Source: an uncultured virus (IMG/VR IMGVR_UViG_3300012147_000007)
Lineage: Duplodnaviria > Heunggongvirae > Uroviricota > Caudoviricetes
Virus record (IMG/VR): IMGVR_UViG_3300012147_000007
Span: 62,001-117,229 of that record
Direction: 5' to 3' (one strand)
DNA length: 55,229 nucleotides
How positions within the stretch are numbered: position 1 is the first letter of the stretch; each line of letters begins with the position of its first letter. Shown one piece after another: positions 47,147 to 55,229 of this stretch. A program made the position numbers and the translations under genes. The notes beneath the pieces were generated by a model. That model worked only from the letters and a program-made list of their open reading frames with translations, was not told the origin of the DNA and searched no databases.

Positions 47147-49154
47147 TGTTGTTGTTTTTCCTGTTTCTTAAGAATATTTCAATATCATTCATGAGTATTC
47201 CGCTATCTTTTGATACCTTGTCAGAACCATCAATAAGAGGGTTTGCTTTTTTAACAACCTCTTGGATTACGGTTCTACCTATTCCAGTAGAGCTACTATT
47301 CATGCTGTCAATTAACCTCTTAGACTCAAGATTCATTGATTTACTTCTCTTTATCAAAGCGTTGTCTTCAACGTCAACCTTTTTGCTCGAAACCTCATCT
47401 GGGCCCAATAGTTCATTAAGCATGTTTCCAACATATTTGTCAGAAACTCTTTGTGCTTTTCTAAATCTATTTTCAGCAATAGGAACTTCTTCGGCTGCAG
47501 CGTCTTCTCCGCCTTCAGCGCCCATGTCAAGCTCATCAGCTCCGCCCATGTCCATTCCACCAAGGTCGCCTCCAAGACCTCCGCCTCCGCCACCAAGGTC
47601 GCCTCCGCCATCTTCATCTCCACCTTCTTGTTGAGCTTGCATCATTTCCTCAGCGCCTTCAATTTCAAATTTGTCATCAAGGTCTTTGAAAAGTCCAATT
47701 TTCTTATACATTTCAACGGCTGAATCAATTTCTGCAAATATTTTCTTCTCAACTTTTTTCTGCTTAAGAATAAGTTTGATTTCAGATTTAGAAAATCCAA
47801 GTATGTTTTCCATCGCCCAAACATAAGACACTGGTGATGTCGCTTCAGCAGAGAACATTTCCTTAAATACCTCAAGACGAGCTTTCATTGTTTCCAACTT
47901 CAACAACTCTTGCTGAGTCGATGGATTGGTTAATGTAAGTGTAAAATTATCTATATCATCCTTAAACCCGTTAAAGTAAAGGTGGATGTTTGCAATCCTT
48001 TTAAGCTCAGCAAGCACTGCTTGTTGAATTGTATTAATTGTTCTTGCAAACCTAAGGTCTTGTTGAGACAAAGTTGAACCTCCTGGCATAGACTCTCCAT
48101 AGTTCAAATAATTCTTAGGAACCTGAAGTGATGCAAACAATTTATTTTGCAAGTATTCAATATCTTGAATATCTCCAAGATTAGATGCTCCTGGAAGTGT
48201 TTCAATTCTTGATGACCTGTCAGCTCTCATTGGAATAAAGTAATCCTCAGTTACGTTCATTGGATTGTACTTCAAATTCATGTTACCAGTCTTCTGGTCA
48301 ACGATAGGCTGTTTCTTAAGTTGTATCTGGAATTGTTGTACGAATTGTGCAACATCAGCGTGCTCTAAGTTACCTACATCAATATAAAACACTCTTCTCT
48401 CTGGTGCTCTTGTAATTCTGTATACAAGCATAGAATCTTCGGCCAATTGTAATTGTTTCCAAAGTTTTCTCGCTGGGTCAAGAATAGAACGCCCATAAGG
48501 AAGTTGCCCTGTATCTTCAAGAAGTCTAAAGTGTGCAACTTGCCAATCTTCAAAATAATCTCCAGTAGTTTCCCATCTAAATCTTGTGTTATCTGTTTTA
48601 CCATCAAAACCTTCTTCTCTATGAATTTCTTGTGACGGCAAGGCCATAACTTCATAAATACCTTCGTCTTTATCAATATGAAGGTGAAGAAAGAAATCTC
48701 CATACTTAAGTAAGTCTCTAATCCATAATTTAAGAGCAAAATCTATATCAATCCTGTTATAAAACAAATCTTCAAGAACCGTCTTTACTCTTGAATTCTC
48801 TGAAAATATATCAAGAATTTTACCTTTTTCTCCTCTGGTAATACACTCATCTCTAATAATATTAAGAGCTGCCGCAATCTCTGGAGATTGGTCCATTGCT
48901 CTAAAATCCTGATAAGCATTAATCCTATCGGTATCGTAGTATATAGTTCTCGTATAAAGGTCATTGGCTATTTTATTAACCTGCCAATCAAGAAATTGTT
49001 GCTGAACGTTTTCAACACTATTACCTTGGTTGATTAGTCCGTTACCAACATTTTGAACCACACCTGGTTGTTGAACTTGTGGAGTTCTTTTTTTATTTCT
49101 ATTGATTGCGTCAGTTACACCGCCAAATACACTGTTTAAATTATCGTTTGCCAT
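47139..49154 (-). CDS. Portal protein (T4 gp20-like)
   Basis: EDSMLVYRITRAPERRVFYIDVGNL, EDYFIP, IETLPGASNLG.I.DIEY..KLF..L.VP. Confidence 0.96.
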   Translation of the reverse strand: MANDNLNSVFGGVTDAINRNKKRTPQVQQPGVVQNVGNGLINQGNSVENVQQQFLDWQVNKIANDLYTRTIYYDTDRINAYQDFRAMDQSPEIAAALNIIRDECITRGEKGKILDIFSENSRVKTVLEDLFYNRIDIDFALKLWIRDLLKYGDFFLHLHIDKDEGIYEVMALPSQEIHREEGFDGKTDNTRFRWETTGDYFEDWQVAHFRLLEDTGQLPYGRSILDPARKLWKQLQLAEDSMLVYRITRAPERRVFYIDVGNLEHADVAQFVQQFQIQLKKQPIVDQKTGNMNLKYNPMNVTEDYFIPMRADRSSRIETLPGASNLGDIQDIEYLQNKLFASLQVPKNYLNYGESMPGGSTLSQQDLRFARTINTIQQAVLAELKRIANIHLYFNGFKDDIDNFTLTLTNPSTQQELLKLETMKARLEVFKEMFSAEATSPVSYVWAMENILGFSKSEIKLILKQKKVEKKIFAEIDSAVEMYKKIGLFKDLDDKFEIEGAEEMMQAQQEGGDEDGGGDLGGGGGGLGGDLGGMDMGGADELDMGAEGGEDAAAEEVPIAENRFRKAQRVSDKYVGNMLNELLGPDEVSSKKVDVEDNALIKRSKSMNLESKRLIDSMNSSSTGIGRTVIQEVVKKANPLIDGSDKVSKDSGILMNDIEIFLRNRKNNNNA

Positions 49155-49204
49155 CTATGCACGTTTTTATAAAATATAAATAATTGATATTGTAAAATAA
49201 ATAG

Positions 49205-50950
49205 TTATCCCAATAACCAACTTAAATCATCGTCATCTTCCATGTTTGAGCCTCCCCCGTTAACGTTGCTACCAACGTCTCCATTAAATATGAACAAACC
49301 ACCTCCTCCTTTGGAGCTTGTCTCTTTGTTTATAGGTTTTTTTATTGCTCCTACAGATGAGTTTGCGTTTAACATCATTGCGTTAAGCATACTTTTGGTC
49401 ATCTCAGTAGATGATGTAACGTTTTCAAATTCTGTATCCCTAATATAAAGAGCGATACCAAGCGCCATAATTAAATCATCATTAGCACCTTTCTCATGTT
49501 CTGGCTTGTCTCCATTCATAATAAATGTCTGGAACTCAAGCATAAGTTTTTTAGAGTGAAGAATAAGAGAACCTTCTCTCATGTGTTCAATAATAGCTTT
49601 CACAAGAAGCACTCTGTTTTTTCTCGATGTTTGGAATCCTGGGATTTCAGTTCCTTCATTAACTTTGTAGCTATAATGCCTTACGTGAATGTCTTTTATA
49701 TTTTTAGAAAAATATAACCTATTTCTTGGGTACTTGAATTTATCTCTAACATCAAAACAAACACCAAGTCCGAATGAGTTTGCCTCAATTACAACATAAG
49801 CTGTTCCATACATTTTTCCAACTGCATTGATTACAAATGGAAATAGGTCGGGCCCTATCTTGTCTCTATACTCCGCAACTTGCTCTAATGTTTCTACATC
49901 AAGAACTTGTATTGTGGAGTAATCCTGACCATCACCCCTGGCGACATCAGCTGCAAGTATATATCTCGCCCCTTCTTCTGGTCTCTTAAAAATTGAAAGC
50001 GTGGTTTGTTCAGTTGTAAGATTTGCAAACTTAGAAACATCATCCTTTTCCATGAAGTCAAATCTAATATAAGCCTCTGGAGTACAATCTTTTTCAACAA
50101 GCGCATGATATTTAGAAACAAGCTGAGCATCAACAGCAAGCCTTTTCGACCCTTCAAACGAAAGGTCAAGCTCTTGTGCAATCTGAACTGAATCCCAAGT
50201 AAGCCTTTTACACTGAGCTTCATACCAAGGGCTCCAAGGTACATCGTTTCCGTTTGAGTCTTTTTTGTATTCTAATCCTGCAGCACTATTTGGATTTTCT
50301 GTCCAGTGAACCGTTTGAGCATGAAAGTCACTATCTCCATTAACTGTTTCACGCCAAGTTTTATAATACAATCCAGATGTACCATTTGGTGTAGAAATCA
50401 TAATACACTTTCCACCCGTAGCAGAAAGTGCCATACCAGCTCCCATCCAAATTGCCTCGTCATCTTTAATAAAAGCAGTTTCATCAAGAATCAACATTGT
50501 AAGTGAATCTCCACGACCAGCATTCGGACTTGACGCTTTTGCTTCTGCATAAGAGTTATTTGAAAACGCAATCTTTTTTTGATTATCTTGTTCAATAGCT
50601 TCTGGTTTAAGCCAAATAGGAGTATGCTCAATAAATTGCTTTACAGTTTCAAGGAAACGAACAGCTCCAGCGCCATCATTGGCAATGATTAGAATTTTTT
50701 CATCATATCTAAACAAAAGCCTCCAAGCAACATATCCTGCAGTAATAACCGAAAGACCTGTTTGTCTGGACTTTAAAATAATATTATTTTGATATTCGTG
50801 AAAGTTTCTTAGACAATCGTTTTGATATTCGAAACACGTCATTTGTGTAACCTGCTTTTCTTTTGCATTAAACACATATCCATATGTATTCATATAATAC
50901 ACTGGGTCTGCCGCACACTTTGCGAATTCTAACATTTGATTATTAACCAT
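49205..50950 (-). CDS. terL: Terminase large subunit (T4 gp17-like)
   Basis: KCAADPVY, ILKSRQTGLS, LILDETAFI, ISTPNG, ADVARGDGQDYS, VIEANS.G, NDDLIMA. Confidence 0.96.
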   Translation of the reverse strand: MVNNQMLEFAKCAADPVYYMNTYGYVFNAKEKQVTQMTCFEYQNDCLRNFHEYQNNIILKSRQTGLSVITAGYVAWRLLFRYDEKILIIANDGAGAVRFLETVKQFIEHTPIWLKPEAIEQDNQKKIAFSNNSYAEAKASSPNAGRGDSLTMLILDETAFIKDDEAIWMGAGMALSATGGKCIMISTPNGTSGLYYKTWRETVNGDSDFHAQTVHWTENPNSAAGLEYKKDSNGNDVPWSPWYEAQCKRLTWDSVQIAQELDLSFEGSKRLAVDAQLVSKYHALVEKDCTPEAYIRFDFMEKDDVSKFANLTTEQTTLSIFKRPEEGARYILAADVARGDGQDYSTIQVLDVETLEQVAEYRDKIGPDLFPFVINAVGKMYGTAYVVIEANSFGLGVCFDVRDKFKYPRNRLYFSKNIKDIHVRHYSYKVNEGTEIPGFQTSRKNRVLLVKAIIEHMREGSLILHSKKLMLEFQTFIMNGDKPEHEKGANDDLIMALGIALYIRDTEFENVTSSTEMTKSMLNAMMLNANSSVGAIKKPINKETSSKGGGGLFIFNGDVGSNVNGGGSNMEDDDDLSWLLG

Positions 50951-50998
50951 ACTTATTTATTTTATAATAAATAGGGGTAAAAAATGAGTTCGAGATAA

Positions 50999-51307
50999 TT
51001 AAATACCTATGTATATGTTTGTGCTAACTTCTTCATCAAGCTTGACAGATACGTTATTTGCTACAAAAACTACTGATGTAATGTTGTTTTTTGCGTACAA
51101 TTGATAGTCTCCAATTGTACTTGCTGACCAAGATGCTGTAAACACACCTCTCGCTGCATCAGATAACGCAACGTTTATGGTAGCTCCAGTGTACGCAACC
51201 CCGTCTCTATACATTGTTGTATCAAATGTTGCGCCAGCGACAGGATTGTTATCTAAGTCGAGAGACACTATTTGTTCATACACGGTTTGCCCTGTTCCAA
51301 TTATCAT
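50999..51307 (-). CDS. Small Ig-like beta-sandwich protein, probable virion protein
   Basis: T/V/S-rich; DLDNNPVAGA, GVFTASW, GDYQL; TATTTATA upstream. Confidence 0.65.
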   Translation of the reverse strand: MIIGTGQTVYEQIVSLDLDNNPVAGATFDTTMYRDGVAYTGATINVALSDAARGVFTASWSASTIGDYQLYAKNNITSVVFVANNVSVKLDEEVSTNIYIGI

Positions 51308-51340
51308 ACTAAGTCTTTTATATAAATAGAACTAAAAAGA

Positions 51341-52279
51341 TTATTCTTCCACCTCTTTGAATACATTCGACCTGGTAATCTTATATTTTTTAACATTTCC
51401 AGATTTTGCATTAATATAACCTTCTTTCCACCACTTAAGCATTTGCTCTTTATCAAATATCAAAGAATTCTCTGTCAATCCATATGGTGTGTAATAAATA
51501 TTTATTGAGATTTCTCTCCCATGTGACTCAAGCTTATTAAGGTCAATATTATCCTTAGCTATCTTTCTCATCAAAATCTCTATCAGCCTAACAAAGTATT
51601 GAAATAAATTATTAATCATAGCTCTCTTAACAACACCAAAGCCTTCTGGGCTTAACACAATTACATCAATTTCAGTTGCCCCATTCTCAATAGCTACTTG
51701 AATTGGTATATGTTGATGAATTGCTCCATCAGCATATTGGTTCCCGTCTTTTTCTAAAATAGATGTGTATATTGGAGCATTACAAGATGCCCAGAGCCAA
51801 TCAACGAAATCCTCATACGAATTATCGTTTGAAGATTTGAACTCAGCCCTTTTGTCTGTAAGGTTTGAAACCACTGCGATAACTTCTTTATCGGATTTAT
51901 AAAGTCTTTCAAAATGTTTTTCAGTAAAATGTTTCTTTATTAAATTCCTTAAGTTATCAGTTTCTCCAATAGTTTTTTTGGATGTAATTAACCTTTTGAT
52001 TGCATTCCACCTTCTAACACTGCCATCTTCGTTAAAGGGGTTTATTGAGAATATATCTTCAGTTGTAATGCTTGTATATCCCTCTTTTAGTATGCTTAAT
52101 TCTCGTATAGATGACAATGGAGCAAGAAGACTTCCTGTTGATGTTCCCACGTAAAGGTCATAATCTTTGTCTTGGTCTTCGAGAAGATGTTGTATTACTC
52201 CACCAGCCCAAGCGCCTTTTGCCCCTCCACCAGAAATACACAAAGCTCGTTTTCTTTTTTTTACCCCTTTACTTCCCAT
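51341..52279 (-). CDS. Patatin-like phospholipase
   Basis: ISGGGAKGAWAGG, GTSTG nucleophile elbow, ASCNAP, YADGA. Confidence 0.92.
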   Translation of the reverse strand: MGSKGVKKRKRALCISGGGAKGAWAGGVIQHLLEDQDKDYDLYVGTSTGSLLAPLSSIRELSILKEGYTSITTEDIFSINPFNEDGSVRRWNAIKRLITSKKTIGETDNLRNLIKKHFTEKHFERLYKSDKEVIAVVSNLTDKRAEFKSSNDNSYEDFVDWLWASCNAPIYTSILEKDGNQYADGAIHQHIPIQVAIENGATEIDVIVLSPEGFGVVKRAMINNLFQYFVRLIEILMRKIAKDNIDLNKLESHGREISINIYYTPYGLTENSLIFDKEQMLKWWKEGYINAKSGNVKKYKITRSNVFKEVEE

Positions 52280-52887
52280 ATATATCCTTTACACTTAAAT
52301 GTCCCTCTTCTTATACAATTTTGGATTGCTGATGTATTAACGCCTATATTTCTTGCAGCCTCTCCATAGCTATTAAATTCTTTTATCAAACTCCCTTCTA
52401 AATCGTATTGATTGACTTTTTTAGAATTTACTGGTATTTGTCCTTTTTTAAATTCAGTTTTAGGACTTAACCTTTCTCCTTTTTTTATTCTTGTCTCTTT
52501 TCCGATTTCATTTCCCTTTTTAAAAGTTGTTTTGTTTGACTTAATAGAACCAATAACACCTTTATTCCATGGTACATTTCCCTTATCTACGCCATCTCCA
52601 CCAGAAGTCTCATTGGTCAAATTAAATCCCCAGCACTTAAACTGTTCAATCCAATAACTCTCCCAAAACCTCCAATCTTCTTCTAAAATCTCGTCAATAA
52701 CTTCTATAGCTGGTTCTAAATCTCTTTTTAGAAGACTTTTAATCCAAGCCTTCTTGTGTGATGTAGTTGATTTTTTGCTTTCATTTATATGTCTATTTAA
52801 TCTTTTTGCAATATTTGTAGTTTTTCCAACATACTTAACATCATTTGTTAATGGGTCAATCAACACATATATAATTACAGTCCTCAT
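52261..52887 (-). mobile_element. Free-standing GIY-YIG homing endonuclease with NUMOD-type C-terminal domains
   Basis: IIYVLIDP...KYVGKT....RL..H, E.YWI, LTN.T.GGDG, PWNKG, FKKG repeats, VNQYDLEG..IKEF.S..EAA...GYIW. Confidence 0.9.
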
Positions 52888-52889
52888 AA

Positions 52890-52970
52890 CTATAAATAGT
52901 TAAAATTTTTGCCCCCACCACTAATTACAAAATTTTTTAAGTTTTCCTGGTATGTTTTTTCTTCTGCCAT
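52890..52970 (-). pseudogene. Orphan stub MAEEKTYQENLKNFVISGGGK..., relic patatin N-terminus
   Basis: FVISGGGK versus LCISGGGAK; DNA GGTGGGGGCAAAA versus GGTGGAGGGGCAAAA; stops 2 nt before the GIY-YIG ATG. Confidence 0.6.
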
Positions 52971-53003
52971 AAAAAAAGGAGTTATAAAAAATATAACTCC
53001 TTT
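52971..53003 (-). terminator. Intrinsic terminator
   Basis: AAAGGAGTTATA-5 nt-TATAACTCCTTT with U7 on the minus strand. Confidence 0.75.
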
Positions 53004-53025
53004 CTATGATAAAATCAATTTTATC

Positions 53026-54066
53026 TTATTTCTTTTTATTTGTCTTTCTTGCCTTCATCTTGATGACCTTGCAGCAACCTTCTTTGTGTGCATGATTGTT
53101 TTCCATATATTCATAACCCTCTTGCCACCAATTAGTCATCTGTTCCTTATTAAAGTACATTGCATTATCAGTAAGGTGTCTTGGTGCGTAGTATATTTTT
53201 AAAGTAACATCTTTATCTTTGGCCATATTTTTTGCATTATCAATATCTCTTTCCATTGCCTCACGAAGAGAAATATCAAACATTCTGGCAAGTAATTTAA
53301 GAGGGTTTGCTCCAAATTCTGGCTCCATATCTCCCATGTACTCTTCCGTGTTTGTAGAAATTGCGTCAATTTCAGTTGCTCCATTAGAAATAGCTTGAGA
53401 AATTGGCATATGCTCTTTAAATCCACCGTCAGCATAATAATCAGAATAAATCGTTGGATGTTCTCCGTTATGAATTATGTTTCCATTTTCATCAACAACC
53501 TTTCTTGAAATAGAGGTGAATGGAACTGCGCATGCAGAAGTCCATGTCCATTCTACAAAATCCTCATATCCTTTTCTGTTTCTACCAAGAGACTTCATGT
53601 CAAAATACATCGTCTTATTTTTTGACATGTTTGTAACAGTTGATGTCATGTTGATTCCGCTGTCATATGCAAGAAGATATTTCTCGTAAGGAAAAAACTT
53701 TTTAATTGTTTCTTTAAACTTTTTATTGTCTCCAAAAGTAGGTTCTTTTCTAAAAAGAATCATTCTCACTACAGACCATAAATTAATATCTGCCTGCCCT
53801 GACTTTTTTGGGTCTTTTACTTTTTTGAATGGGCTTACGTCATACATACCTTTAATGTCCATGGAAGTGTAACCCTCCTTTAGAGCTGTAAAGTCATTGA
53901 TTGATGCAAGCATTTGTAGAAGTGTTCCAGTTGATGTGCTGAGATACATATCATACTCTCTACCTTCTTTGAGTTTCATATGCTCCAGCATCCCTCCTGT
54001 GAATGCTCCCTTAGATGCTCCACCACTTAAGCAAAGAGCTCTTTTTATTTCGCTTTTTACAATCAA
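53026..54066 (-). CDS. Patatin-like phospholipase, second paralog
   Basis: LSGGASKGAFTGG, STSTG, SACAVPF, YADGG. Confidence 0.9.
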   Translation of the reverse strand: MIVKSEIKRALCLSGGASKGAFTGGMLEHMKLKEGREYDMYLSTSTGTLLQMLASINDFTALKEGYTSMDIKGMYDVSPFKKVKDPKKSGQADINLWSVVRMILFRKEPTFGDNKKFKETIKKFFPYEKYLLAYDSGINMTSTVTNMSKNKTMYFDMKSLGRNRKGYEDFVEWTWTSACAVPFTSISRKVVDENGNIIHNGEHPTIYSDYYADGGFKEHMPISQAISNGATEIDAISTNTEEYMGDMEPEFGANPLKLLARMFDISLREAMERDIDNAKNMAKDKDVTLKIYYAPRHLTDNAMYFNKEQMTNWWQEGYEYMENNHAHKEGCCKVIKMKARKTNKKK

Positions 54067-54069
54067 TTT

Positions 54070-54984
54070 CTATATGTTAATTTTTGAAACTATATAGTCT
54101 CTTATTGTTACTTTATCATTTGTTTTTGGCACAAAATTGTCCAACCTTGAATAGGTGGAATTTAATACTTTTTCCACCAACAAAACATTCGATTTTTGAG
54201 AATCTTTTTTGTTTCCGTATTCATAGTAATCTGAAATTCCGCTTGATATATCTTTCATAAAAGGCATAGCATCAGACTCAGCTTCCAATATGCCACTCAA
54301 ATCTGCAGAGGTTAAAATAATTAATCCAACAGTTTCTATTATCAATTTATTTATTAAATTTCTTCTCCTCCTTTTTCCTTCATCTCTCGCTCGAATACCA
54401 TCGTAAAATTTTTCTGTTACCTTAGCATTGTTAGATATGGTGCCATCTTTTAGATACCAACTTCTAGTTACAGTACGTTTTTTAACATGCCCTGTATCAT
54501 GCAGTTCGTAAACAGCTACATATTTTAAAATTTGATTTGAATAATTGAAGACTGTAAAACCATTGTAATCTATACTAACGCTTAAATCTGTATAATAATT
54601 ACACTCGACTAAAAAACCTAATTCATCAAATATATACTCTGGATGTAATTTGGTATTAACATCTTTTTTGTAATCCAAACTATGTGGTGTAATGTATTTA
54701 TTTCTAACATTTTTTTGAGATATAGTATCCATAGATAAATAATCATATATTTTGTAATAATTACCATCCCCGATACTATCAAAAAAGTCATCCCCTAAAC
54801 CATCGTCTAATGATTGCATATAATCCAGATAACCCTGTGGTGCTGTTTCATAATAAACCCAGCCATCAACTGGATAACTCCAAGCATCCTTTAGATTTAT
54901 ATCTAATTCATAATTCGGACCAGATATTTTATTGTTAGCATAATACCATTGTTCATTATTTTCTTTATAAAATCCTCTTTCCAT
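54070..54984 (-). CDS. Hypothetical protein, possibly tail-fibre associated
   Basis: Likely ATG at 54984 (MERGFYK...GPNYEL...YPVDGWVYY); follows a fibre-like gene. Confidence 0.7.
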   Translation of the reverse strand: MERGFYKENNEQWYYANNKISGPNYELDINLKDAWSYPVDGWVYYETAPQGYLDYMQSLDDGLGDDFFDSIGDGNYYKIYDYLSMDTISQKNVRNKYITPHSLDYKKDVNTKLHPEYIFDELGFLVECNYYTDLSVSIDYNGFTVFNYSNQILKYVAVYELHDTGHVKKRTVTRSWYLKDGTISNNAKVTEKFYDGIRARDEGKRRRRNLINKLIIETVGLIILTSADLSGILEAESDAMPFMKDISSGISDYYEYGNKKDSQKSNVLLVEKVLNSTYSRLDNFVPKTNDKVTIRDYIVSKINI

Positions 54985-54997
54985 ATTTAATATTTTT

Positions 54998-55229
54998 TTA
55001 AGATAACACCGTAAAACCTTTACCAGTTGCAATTGACGGGGTACAAGTTGCTGCACCAGGGTTATTCCTTACATCAATTGTTTGAGAGCCCGCAGCTGTT
55101 CCAAGGCTCGTAAAAAAAGCGTTTATAGCTGCTTCAGTAAGTAAATTATTTTGAACAGAGACACCTCGTGTCAGTCCTGGCATTATTATTTTTTGAATTG
55201 AAAAACAGTCCCTAAACATATCATCAGCG
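54998..55229 (-). CDS. C-terminus of a BspA/LRR-type receptor-binding or tail-fibre-like protein, 5' end outside the window
   Basis: Frame open to the window edge; DDMFRDCFSIQ, LTEAAINAFFTSL, IDVRNNPG, SIATGKGFTV. Confidence 0.65.
   Translation of the reverse strand, partial: ADDMFRDCFSIQKIIMPGLTRGVSVQNNLLTEAAINAFFTSLGTAAGSQTIDVRNNPGAATCTPSIATGKGFTVLS

Larger units (their letters stand above)
2245..52898 (-). promoter_or_regulatory. Dispersed TATTTAT(A/T) motif, putative late promoter (about 17 copies)
   Basis: Plus-strand (T/A)ATAAATA at 2245, 5942, 10163, 10334, 13818, 23165, 27584, 31023, 33159, 35224, 36921, 39629, 41096, 44576, 49175, 50966, 51321 and 52891, mostly 3-25 nt upstream of minus-strand starts. 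Confidence 0.8.

Noticed and set aside
47490..47640. GC-rich patch as foreign DNA or structured RNA
   Set aside because: Explained by the Gly/Asp-rich linker in the portal C-terminal extension
51341..54066. CBASS defence system
   Set aside because: No CD-NTase or ancillary cap genes in the window
1..55229. Stop-codon reassignment, as in some large Bacteroidota phages
   Set aside because: Core genes are full length in the standard code, and TAA, TAG and TGA all end genes at sensible positions
1..55229. tRNA, rRNA or large ncRNA genes
   Set aside because: Intergenic gaps are short, and no cloverleaf or rRNA signature was seen by eye; tRNAscan-SE and Infernal were not run

Overview
This AT-rich window is an internal fragment of a large, jumbo-type T4-like myovirus, most likely infecting Bacteroidota. 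The host call rests on a Bacteroidota-type RpoD and DnaQ, TAnnTTTG promoter boxes and an Hc1-like protein. Nearly all genes are on the minus strand. Replication and nucleotide genes are UvrD, an apparently inactive DnaQ, a sigma factor, NrdAB, DnaB/gp41, a flap-type 5'-3' nuclease, RecA/UvsX, a truncated PolA, RNase HI and an exonuclease-fused DnaE. The tail/baseplate module holds gp26/gp51-like paralogs, tape measure, a tube-initiator-like protein with about 30 22-aa repeats, a gp53-like protein and a hub-M15 peptidase. Portal, large terminase and two patatin genes follow. Main observations: (1) dnaE is fractured by a naturally split intein with a Vsr-like endonuclease between the halves. (2) Free-standing homing endonucleases of several families sit in the 5' ends of genes, leaving an orphan N-terminal stub upstream and a recoded replacement N-terminus downstream. 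(3) A TATTTAT(A/T) putative late-promoter motif occurs about 17 times, inside hairpins ahead of the endonucleases. (4) The only plus-strand unit is a coupled three-gene operon with a stand-alone PAS domain and a holin-like protein. All calls come from recognising motifs by eye; no database search was run.
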